Under the pieces are notes generated by a model that worked only from the letters and a program-made list of their open reading frames with translations, was not told the origin of the DNA and searched no databases. A stretch of DNA of 64,000 nt from Acidimicrobiia bacterium (GTDB lineage Bacteria > Actinomycetota > Acidimicrobiia > Spongiisociales > JAHEDJ01), in the NCBI GenBank assembly GCA_029210695.1, contig JARGFH010000002.1:1-64000 (forward strand), given 5' to 3'. Below are positions 9,141 through 17,107 of this stretch, piece after piece. Numbering within the stretch: position 1 is the stretch's first letter; each line of letters opens with the position of its first letter. A program made the translations under genes and the position numbers.

Positions 9141-9784
9141 TGTTCCCAGCGTTGGCGGCGACTACCGCAGTGGCCATGGCGGTGCTGGTCTGGGCTGAAT
9201 GGAAGCACTCGAAGATCCGGTTGATCGCCAAGCCACTCGCCTCCGCCGGCTTCGTTGCCGCCGCACTCCAACGGGGAGCCTTCGATTCGACGTACGGGAG
9301 GATCCTGCTACTCGGCCTGGTGCTGGCTGCAATCGGCGACGTTCTCCTGCTCGGCTCGACTCGCCGGATGTTCCTGGCCGGCCTGGTCAGCTTCCTGCTC
9401 GGTCACGTGGCGTATGGGGTTGCCTTTTCGACCCTTGGGCTACGGCACGGCACAGACATCGACTTCATCTGGACGGCGGCGGTGAGCTTGCCGATCGCCG
9501 CCGTCTCCTACGTGGTGTTCAGATGGCTGAAGCCGCACCTATCGGACGATATGCGCAGCCCGGTGTTGGCGTACGTGCTCGTCATCACGGTCATGGTGTT
9601 GACTGCGTTCTTCGCAGTCGAAGGTGGCGCCACGGGCTTGATCCTGGTCGGTGCGGTTGGGTTCTTCCTATCAGATCTGGCCGTCGCTCGTAATCTCGTA
9701 GTCGAATCGATCACAAATCGGGTGTGGGGCCTGCCGCTGTATTACGCCGCCCAATTGGTGCTGGCCTGGACGGCCGGGACCTGA
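9140..9784 (+). CDS. YhhN / lysoplasmalogenase-like membrane protein
   Basis: KPL, GD.LL, FLAGLVSFLLGHVAY, F.LSD and LYYAAQ motifs; multi-pass membrane protein. Confidence 0.85.
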   Translation: MFPALAATTAVAMAVLVWAEWKHSKIRLIAKPLASAGFVAAALQRGAFDSTYGRILLLGLVLAAIGDVLLLGSTRRMFLAGLVSFLLGHVAYGVAFSTLGLRHGTDIDFIWTAAVSLPIAAVSYVVFRWLKPHLSDDMRSPVLAYVLVITVMVLTAFFAVEGGATGLILVGAVGFFLSDLAVARNLVVESITNRVWGLPLYYAAQLVLAWTAGT

Positions 9785-10294
9785 TTATTCGCCTTCGGCC
9801 GACGGCTGGCGGGCTCCGAGCTCACGATCGAGCATCAGCAGCGCCGTTCGATCGTCACCGATCATCTTGAGTTGCTCCACTATCAAGCCGACGTTTGCCT
9901 CTTCTTCGATCTGCTCCTCTACGAACCAGTTGAGCAATGGATAGCTGGCGAAGTCCCGATCGTCGGTGGCCAGTGCGTACAGGTTGTTGATGGCGGCCGT
10001 GACCTTCTGCTCATGCCCGAGCGACGCTTCGAATGCCGACCGGGCGGTGGTCAGAGAGAGCCCCGGGGCGGCGATCGCTTCCAGTTCGATATGGCCCTCC
10101 CGGTCGAGCACGAAATCGAAGAACTTCATCGCATGAACTCGCTCTTCCTCAGCCTGGAGTCGCATCCAGGCGGACATACCCGGCAAATTCTCCTCGTCCA
10201 GGAAGGCGGCCATTTGGAGGTATGCGTAGGAGGAAGCCAACTCCAGATTGATCTGGTCGTTGAAGGCGGCTTCGAGTTTCGTGCTGATCGGCAT
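9785..10294 (-). CDS. ftnA: Ferritin
   Basis: NDQINLEL.SSY.YLQM, QAEEERVHAMKF, HEQKVT..IN and WFVEEQIEEE ferroxidase motifs. ATG at 10294 with an AGGAG RBS. Confidence 0.92.
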   Translation of the reverse strand: MPISTKLEAAFNDQINLELASSYAYLQMAAFLDEENLPGMSAWMRLQAEEERVHAMKFFDFVLDREGHIELEAIAAPGLSLTTARSAFEASLGHEQKVTAAINNLYALATDDRDFASYPLLNWFVEEQIEEEANVGLIVEQLKMIGDDRTALLMLDRELGARQPSAEGE

Positions 10295-10412
10295 GTTGTC
10301 GTCTCCTGGATCTGGCGAACGGTATCCATGATATCCGGCCGTTCGATTCTGGAATCCGGCTGCATTCCGCCCGGTTACCCTGGCGGCCGTCGACGACAAA
10401 AGGAGCGCGAAC

Positions 10413-11057
10413 ATGCGCGGTGACATCATCATTGTGGAAGAGCACCACCGGGCCGCCGCCGCGGACATCGTCGCCCATCTCCTCCCGGCGATTCGTGCGC
10501 GACACGACCGCTACACCATCACCGTGGCGGGCGAATCGGGAAGCGGCAAGTCCGAAACGGCCAAAGCGCTCGAAGAGGAACTCGGCCGGCACGGTGTCAA
10601 CGCCGGCATCCTGCAACAGGACGACTACTTCGTGTATCCGCCACGCACCAACCACGAGGCCCGGGTAGAGGATATCTCCTGGGTGGGTGCCAATGAGGTT
10701 CACCTCGATCTTCTCGATGAACACCTGGCCTCCGCCCGCGCAGGAGCGACCTCACTCGAGAAGCCGTTGGTGATCTATGAAGACGATTCGATCACTACCG
10801 AAGTGATGTCGCTCGCCGGACTGGAGGTTGTAATCGCCGAAGGCACCTACACGAGCCTGCTCGCCAACGTCGACACGCGGATCTTCATCGCTCGCAACCG
10901 TCTCGAGACCCTGGCCGCCAGGCAGAATCGGGGACGTGAAGCCATGGATCCGTTCATCGAACAAGTGCTGGAGATCGAGCACGCCATCATCGGCCCACAG
11001 GTCGAACGAGCAGACATCGTGATCACGCGGGACTATGCGGTCGAGTTCAACACCTGA
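10413..11057 (+). CDS. Uridine-kinase-like P-loop kinase
   Basis: ITVAGESGSGKS, QDDYF and VIAEGTY. Confidence 0.75.
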   Translation: MRGDIIIVEEHHRAAAADIVAHLLPAIRARHDRYTITVAGESGSGKSETAKALEEELGRHGVNAGILQQDDYFVYPPRTNHEARVEDISWVGANEVHLDLLDEHLASARAGATSLEKPLVIYEDDSITTEVMSLAGLEVVIAEGTYTSLLANVDTRIFIARNRLETLAARQNRGREAMDPFIEQVLEIEHAIIGPQVERADIVITRDYAVEFNT

Positions 11058-11236
11058 AAGCCTCGATTGGGATCACCGACGCGCAGGCGGGTCGGTGAGA
11101 CTCCGGTCGGGAAACAGCCCGGGCGCTGCCCGGTACTCCGCCCCCTACCACTATCTGCCAGGTCGAGACTTGTCCTAGCCCATCAATCGGCATACCCTGC
11201 TCCGGGCTGGACCATCCGGCCGGGAGTTTCTCCTTC

Positions 11237-12059
11237 ATGCGCCGTGCCGCTTACCTCATCTTCGCAGGCATCACACTCGTTGCCTTGTCATTCGCCGGTT
11301 TCGCAGTCTTTGCACCGGTTGCCGTCGACGCGCCCGAAATCCCAGTCCAGATAGACCTTCCAGACGGGCGAGGTCTGGCGGCGGGACGCCTGGCCAGCAT
11401 GTCGTTCACGGCCGTGGCATCGAGCGTCGAGATACAGTCCGGCGGCGGCAGCCTCATGGCTGCGTCGCCGGTACCGGGCAATCGCGTGGAGATCCTCGAA
11501 GCAGCAACCACGACTATCCCCAGGTCCTCCTCGTCCTCCTCGTCCTCCTCCTCCACCACCACCCCCCCCCTCCTCGACAACTTCGACGACCACTACCGCA
11601 CCACCTGTGACCACAACAACACTGCCCGAGACCACGACCACCACCACGGTGGCGGAGTCGACCACGACGACGGTGGCCCCCACAACGACGACAACGACCC
11701 TCCCGGACACGACGACGACCACCACCACCCTCCCGCCGACCGGACCTTTGACTGAAGCGGAGATGCGTGAGCTCGCCGCCGGGTTCTTCCCCGCCGAAGA
11801 AGTCGACAAGGCCGTGCTGATCGCCGAGTGTGAATCTGGACTGAATCCGAGCGCGTACAACCCGAGCGGACCATACGGAGGGCTCTATCAGCACCTGGAG
11901 GCAGCCTGGGACTCCAGAGCTGCGGCAGCCGGTTACCCCGGAGCCAGCATTTTCGATGCTGAAGCCAACACAGCGGCCGCATATCTGCTCTGGTCGTCCA
12001 GCGGGTGGAGCCCGTGGCCGTGGTGCGATGCGTGGGCCGACGGGCAACTCGGGGGCTGA
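11237..12059 (+). pseudogene. Secreted Ser/Thr-rich protein with a lytic-transglycosylase-like domain, frameshifted in a C9 run (11562-11570)
   Basis: The signal/TM N-terminus is in one frame. The Thr-rich stalk and IAECESGLNPSAYNPSG..GGLYQ domain are in the +1 frame. Deleting one C joins them. Confidence 0.75.
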
Positions 12060-12062
12060 TCG

Positions 12063-12731
12063 TCAGCGTCGGACGTACCGGACCGAGTTGCCGTCTTTTC
12101 CCGCCATGTCCAGCACAGACAGCTCCCGCAGGCAGTAGGTCATCTGTTGCGCCAGGCGCCGGGAGACGTTGAGTTTCTCCGCCAAATCCGAGGTCGTGAA
12201 CGGCTCGATCAGGTCGGCCGGCAGGAACCCGGCCAGGTCCTCTACAGATCTGATCAGCACCGACTCATCGACCTTGTGCAGCGCCCGACCTACAACGACC
12301 CAGCCTTTACGCCTCCATGCCTTGCCAGGTTCGTGCACCCGGTACTCGTCTTCGGAAGTAATCAACACCTCGAGTTCGAACCGGTCTTTCTGTATGAGGC
12401 CCGGGATGCTCACCAGCCGGCTGAAGATGTCCTCGAGCCGGCCGTGCTTGGGGGACTGACGGGCAGACAAGATCTCGCCACCGGTGCCGAGTTTCACGAT
12501 GCGACGGTCGGTGGCAATGGGAGCCACCAGCCGGACTGGATGTGACTCAAGCAGGTTGCTCAGCTTCGTGCGGAGGGAGGCGAATCCACCTGTCTGGACC
12601 TCGATGAGCAGCTCCCCACGGACCAAGTCGATGACATAGCCATCGACGGGTTGCTCAAAGATGTCTCCATCGACGGCATACCATTCCTTGAGTTGGGCGT
12701 GTAGCGACCCCTCGTTGAGTGTTCCGATCAC
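12063..12731 (-). CDS. Conserved hypothetical protein, possibly a PD-(D/E)XK-like fold with a C-terminal HTH
   Basis: E.SLH..LK..Y, DGYVIDLV....LIEVQT and C-terminal FTTSDLAEKLNVSRRLAQQ. Confidence 0.6.
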   Translation of the reverse strand: MIGTLNEGSLHAQLKEWYAVDGDIFEQPVDGYVIDLVRGELLIEVQTGGFASLRTKLSNLLESHPVRLVAPIATDRRIVKLGTGGEILSARQSPKHGRLEDIFSRLVSIPGLIQKDRFELEVLITSEDEYRVHEPGKAWRRKGWVVVGRALHKVDESVLIRSVEDLAGFLPADLIEPFTTSDLAEKLNVSRRLAQQMTYCLRELSVLDMAGKDGNSVRYVRR

Positions 12732-12790
12732 AGGTCCATGCTCCCAGCCCGCCGCCGATGGAGGGGGATTTCCAGCACGGCGGTGTTGCT

Positions 12791-13204
12791 CTAGGGGAGA
12801 AGCTCGAAGCTGTGGACGTGAGCGGGGCGGACGATTGAGAAGTGTTTCCGGTCGAGGGTTGCGATTTCGGTTACGTCGAGGCGCTCGGCCGCTGCAACCA
12901 CCGATGCGTCAACGGATCCAAGGGGAAGATCCCGGTACTGGTGCACAAACTCGGCGATTCGGAGCCAGTCGCCGGCCCTCACCGGCTCGACAGTGAACTC
13001 CCCCGCAGCGAGGTCGCCGAGGAACCGGACTTCAGCGTCTGCGCCCAGACGACTTCCGATCAGGTAGACGACCTCAGTGATGACGAGCGTCGGGATGATC
13101 AGCGGCCCAGGGTGGGTGAGCAGAAGCTCAAGAGATTGGCCGTGGTGGCGGTCGTCGGCGTCGACGTAGGCGTAGAGCGGTCCGGCGTCGACCAGAGTGG
13201 CTAT
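12791..13204 (-). CDS. vapC: PIN-domain toxin (VapC family), probable ATA start
   Basis: Open frame reading (I)ATLVDAGPLYAYVDADDRHH...VITEVVYL...DASVVAAAERL...TLDRKHF. The ATA overlaps the antitoxin stop as ATAG. Confidence 0.85.
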   Translation of the reverse strand: MATLVDAGPLYAYVDADDRHHGQSLELLLTHPGPLIIPTLVITEVVYLIGSRLGADAEVRFLGDLAAGEFTVEPVRAGDWLRIAEFVHQYRDLPLGSVDASVVAAAERLDVTEIATLDRKHFSIVRPAHVHSFELLP

Positions 13205-13422
13205 CTCGCCACCTCGGCGGCCAGGATCTCTTCAATGCGCTCGGAGATGTCCTCGCGGCCACTGCGACCCGCACCGGCTGCTCGCAGGTGACGTGGTCGG
13301 CTGCCGAGGTGGTGTTCGATGGCTTCACGGGTCAGGTTGGAGACGGTTATTCCGCGTCGCTCAGCCTCGTGGCGGAGCTTGGCGTCGAGCTCGTCGGGGA
13401 GTTTGACCGTAGTTCGCTTCAT
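13201..13422 (-). CDS. vapB: RHH/CopG-type antitoxin (VapB-like)
   Basis: MKRTTVKLPDELDAKLRHEAERRGITVSNLTREAIE, directly upstream of the PIN gene. Confidence 0.85.
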   Translation of the reverse strand: MKRTTVKLPDELDAKLRHEAERRGITVSNLTREAIEHHLGSRPRHLRAAGAGRSGREDISERIEEILAAEVAR

Positions 13423-13569
13423 GGTATGTCAGCATACCCGCCTGGTCGATCAGGGGGAAGGGTTTCGAATTGCGGCCTGCACCTCGACTGCAGACATCGA
13501 GCCGCTAGCTCTGCAGTCGTCTCGCCGGCGGGCAGCTGGAGTGGTTCGGCACACTCTCCAGCGGGAATG

Positions 13570-16500
13570 TCACCGGAAATCCCGTGACGTGACCCCCATG
13601 GCCGGCCACGGGGTAAACGATCTGGCAACGAAGTTCGTGACACCGTCCCGAAACTCGAGGACACCTTCAATAACCAGACCGGGATTCCTTCTGGCGACGT
13701 CACGATTGGCCGTCCAGATATCGGGCAGCACGATCACATTGAGCAAGCCGGTCTCGTCTTCGAGGTTGAAGAAGATCACCCCATTGGCCGTAGACGGACG
13801 TTGCCGGTGGGTAACGATGCCTCCAATCCGAGCGCGAACACCGTTGCGTTCGGTCGCCAATGCCTGAGCGACCGTGCGACATCCCAACCGGTCGAGGCGG
13901 TCCCGCACGAATTCAACCGGATGTCGAACCGAGATCCCGGTTGCCCACAGGTCGGCCTCTGCCTCATTCTCTTCGCTCATCCCCGGGAGTTGGGGCGCCT
14001 CTGCTCCCGGCGAGAGCGGCAATCGGTCTGGACTGATCTCGGCGAGAGCCCCCGCCGCCCACAAACCCTCCCGCCTGGTCAAACCCAACGACTCGAGCGC
14101 CCCGGCAGCCGCTAGTCCTTCCAGTGCATCTACCCTCAACCCCGTTCGATGAGCGAGGTCCTGCGGTGATTGGAACCGGCCGCCGGCCTGCCGGGCTGCC
14201 TCCACCCTGGTGATCTCGGCCTCTCCGAGGTTACGGACATATCGCAAGCCGAGTCGCACGGCGACGGAAGGCCGCAGCGGATCTTCAACCGGTCCCCTCC
14301 CCCGCCGCCACGCCTGCCCGTAGTACTCGGCCAGGTCGTCGGGGTCCGCATCGTGCGGTTCGATCGTGCAGTCGTGCCAGGAGGCGTTCACATCGGGACT
14401 GCGAACTACCACCCCATGGCGGGCGGCGTCCTGTACCAGGCTATTCGGGCTGTAGAAGCCCATCGGGTATGCGTTGAGCAGGCCGGCCAGGAACTCTGCC
14501 GGCCAGTGATACTTCAACCAGGCAGACATGTAGACGATGTATGCGAAACTCACCGAGTGACTCTCAGGAAACCCGAACGAGGCAAACCCCTGGAGCTTCT
14601 CCCAGATCTCATCGGCTGCCGGCCCGATGATCCCGTTGGACGCCATCCCATCGAACACCTCGTCACGCAGACGTCCCATCGCCTCGTCTGACCGCTTGTG
14701 GGTCATGGCAGAGCGCAGTCGATCTGACTGATTGCCGTCGAAACCTGCACACACCCTGGCGAGTTCCATCAATTGCTCCTGAAAGATGGGAACGCCCAGT
14801 GTCTTGCGCAGCACCGGTTCTGTGAGCGGGTGAGGAAATCGGATCTCCTCCTCACCGTTTCGACGTCGTAGGTACGGATGTACCGACTGCCCCTGGATCG
14901 GCCCCGGCCGAATCAGAGCTACCTCGACGGCCAGATCGTAGAACGTCTTCGGCTTCATCTTCGGCAGCGTCGCCATCTGCGCTCTGGACTCGACCTGAAA
15001 CACGCCGACGGTGTCCGCTTTGGTCAACATCCGGTAAACGGCCGGTTCTTGCGGGATCGTGGCCAGATCGATCGACAAACCGTGGGCCGACTGGATCATG
15101 TCTGCGGTGAGGTGCAGAGCATTGAGCATCCCCAATCCCAGCAGATCGAACTTGACGATCCCGATCGAGGCACAATCGTCCTTATCCCATTGAATAACCG
15201 ATCGGCCTTCCATCCGTCCCCACTCCACCGGCACGACCTGCCACAACGGCCGATCGGCGATCACCATTCCACCGGAGTGAATCCCTAGATGACGGGGGAA
15301 CCCATCCATGCGGTGGCAGACGTCGTAGACGAACTCAGCCGTCATCCCTTCCGGAAGCGGAGCTTCGAGGCGCAGCTTTGCCGGGTTTCGCGTATCGACG
15401 TACTTCGAAAGTCCATCGACCTGCGCCTGGGTGAATCCGAAGGCCTTGCCGACATCACGCAAAACCGACCGGGCCCGGTAGGTGATGACGTTGGCGACCA
15501 TCGCCGCCCGCTCCCGCCCGTAGCGTCGATAGCAGTACTGGATCACCTCTTCCCGGCGGTCCGCCTCCAGGTCGAGGTCGATGTCGGGTGGTCGTCCGCG
15601 TTCCTCAGTGAGAAATCGCTCGAATGGAAGTCCGAGCCGTATCGGATCAACCCTGGTCAAACCGATACATCGACACACTGCCGAGTCGGCTCCCGAACCC
15701 CGGATCTGACAGTAGATATCCTGGCTCCTGGCGAACTGCACGATGTCCCAGACGACCAGGAAGTATCCGGGGAAGTTGAGCTTGCCTATCACCGCCAGTT
15801 CATGTTCGAGTCGCTGCACTGCCCGGGGATCAACTCCTCCCGCCCCGTCCGGATAGACCTCCCTGGCGCCTTCGAAGGTCAGGTGCCGGAGGTATTCCAT
15901 CTCGGAACGGAAGTGGCCCGGCATCGGAAAGTCCGGTAGTTGCGGCGCCACCAGGTTGAGGTCGAAGGCCAGCGATTCTCCCAACCGCACAGAACGTTCC
16001 ACCACACCGGGGTAGGCGGAGAAGCGTTCGATCATCTCGACCGGACGCTTGAGATGGCGTTCGTCGGTGGCCGGTCGATAGCCGTCTTGTTCGGTGAGCG
16101 ACCGCCGTCCGGCAATGGCTGCAGCAACATCCGCCAGGGCTGCCTCGCCCCGATCGTGGTAGTGAACATTGTTGGTCGCCACCATCGGAAGCCGTAACCG
16201 TCGCCCTACTTCCCACAACACGTCGTTGCGGACATCATCCTCTGGCAGGCGGTGATGCCAGAGTTCGAGGTGCAGACGGTTGCCAAAGATCTCACGGAGG
16301 GGCCGTGCTGCCGCCAGGGCGGCGTCGAGGTCGCCCCTTCTCGCCGCGGCCGGGACCGCACCTTGCCAGCACCCGGTGAGCGCCACCAGGTGGCCGACCC
16401 GGGCGGCTTCGTCGAGATCTGCCCAGGAGTAGACGGGCCGATCCTTCTCGCCCCGGAACTGGGCTCTGGTGACGAGGTGACTGATCGCTGCATAACCCGC

Positions 16501-16902
16501 CGGCGAGGGGGCCAGCAGGACGAGATGATCGGTGGGCGGCGGATCGACGGGTTTGGTGCCGTGCATCTTCCGGGTCCGACCCCTACGGGCCGCCGGTAGC
16601 TCGCCGCGAGTCGCGAGCCTCTCGATGTCCCGCTGCGACGCCAAAGCGATCGGTTCTGACTCGCGACCAGCAACTCGCGACTCGCGACTCAGACCGATCT
16701 CTACCCCGTACACCGCTGGAAGGCCGACTTCCTTGGCCGCTCTGGCGAACCGTACAGCCCCATACATGCCGTCGTGATCGGTGACCGCCAGCGCCCGATA
16801 ATCGAGGGCGGCAGCCCGCTCGACCAGAGCCTCCGGGTGTGACACTCCATCGAGGAAGCTGAAGTTCGTATGACTGTGAAGTTCTGCGTATGAGGATGAC
16901 AT
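13570..16902 (-). CDS. dnaE2: Error-prone DNA polymerase III alpha subunit
   Basis: YAELHSHTNFSFLDG PHP domain, RGSGA.S, PDIDLD, FQVESRAQM, GFPESH and the C-terminal SRDFR signature. SOS box upstream. Confidence 0.95.
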   Translation of the reverse strand: MSSSYAELHSHTNFSFLDGVSHPEALVERAAALDYRALAVTDHDGMYGAVRFARAAKEVGLPAVYGVEIGLSRESRVAGRESEPIALASQRDIERLATRGELPAARRGRTRKMHGTKPVDPPPTDHLVLLAPSPAGYAAISHLVTRAQFRGEKDRPVYSWADLDEAARVGHLVALTGCWQGAVPAAARRGDLDAALAAARPLREIFGNRLHLELWHHRLPEDDVRNDVLWEVGRRLRLPMVATNNVHYHDRGEAALADVAAAIAGRRSLTEQDGYRPATDERHLKRPVEMIERFSAYPGVVERSVRLGESLAFDLNLVAPQLPDFPMPGHFRSEMEYLRHLTFEGAREVYPDGAGGVDPRAVQRLEHELAVIGKLNFPGYFLVVWDIVQFARSQDIYCQIRGSGADSAVCRCIGLTRVDPIRLGLPFERFLTEERGRPPDIDLDLEADRREEVIQYCYRRYGRERAAMVANVITYRARSVLRDVGKAFGFTQAQVDGLSKYVDTRNPAKLRLEAPLPEGMTAEFVYDVCHRMDGFPRHLGIHSGGMVIADRPLWQVVPVEWGRMEGRSVIQWDKDDCASIGIVKFDLLGLGMLNALHLTADMIQSAHGLSIDLATIPQEPAVYRMLTKADTVGVFQVESRAQMATLPKMKPKTFYDLAVEVALIRPGPIQGQSVHPYLRRRNGEEEIRFPHPLTEPVLRKTLGVPIFQEQLMELARVCAGFDGNQSDRLRSAMTHKRSDEAMGRLRDEVFDGMASNGIIGPAADEIWEKLQGFASFGFPESHSVSFAYIVYMSAWLKYHWPAEFLAGLLNAYPMGFYSPNSLVQDAARHGVVVRSPDVNASWHDCTIEPHDADPDDLAEYYGQAWRRGRGPVEDPLRPSVAVRLGLRYVRNLGEAEITRVEAARQAGGRFQSPQDLAHRTGLRVDALEGLAAAGALESLGLTRREGLWAAGALAEISPDRLPLSPGAEAPQLPGMSEENEAEADLWATGISVRHPVEFVRDRLDRLGCRTVAQALATERNGVRARIGGIVTHRQRPSTANGVIFFNLEDETGLLNVIVLPDIWTANRDVARRNPGLVIEGVLEFRDGVTNFVARSFTPWPAMGVTSRDFR
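16658..16692 (+). repeat. Degenerate heptamer repeat (GACTCGC)x5 inside dnaE2
   Basis: GACTCGC GACCAGC AACTCGC GACTCGC GACTCAG. Confidence 0.6.
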
Positions 16903-16920
16903 GGGTTGAATCGCCCGGTC

Positions 16921-16949
16921 ATCATATCGAACATACGTTCGATCGGCTA
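16921..16949 (-). promoter_or_regulatory. LexA (SOS) box inside the dnaE2 promoter
   Basis: TCGAACATACGTTCGA at 16927-16942 matches the actinobacterial consensus TCGAAC-N4-GTTCGA. It fills the spacer of TAGCCG-N17-TATGAT. Confidence 0.92.
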
Positions 16950-17017
16950 GCGGTAGATTGCGGTCACAAACGGCAAGGCGTCCGAGACGCCAAGACCTCT
17001 CTAAGGCACCGACGGTG

Positions 17018-17048
17018 GGTAAACCTTTCTTCGCCCTGTTGCGAGTAA
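17018..17048 (+). promoter_or_regulatory. Putative ECF target promoter
   Basis: GGTAAACCTTTCT-tcgccctgttg-CGAGTAA, with the same blocks and spacing as 7280-7310. Confidence 0.7.
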
Positions 17049-17107
17049 CCACCGTATGTGACCTTATGGCCACTATGTGTGACAACCCACTCACCAGGAG
17101 GAGCAAC

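Noticed and set aside
11058..11236. Possible c-di-AMP (ydaO) riboswitch upstream of the transglycosylase-like gene
   Set aside because: The conserved ydaO sequence blocks are not visible. Only a simple hairpin (11073-11098) is present.
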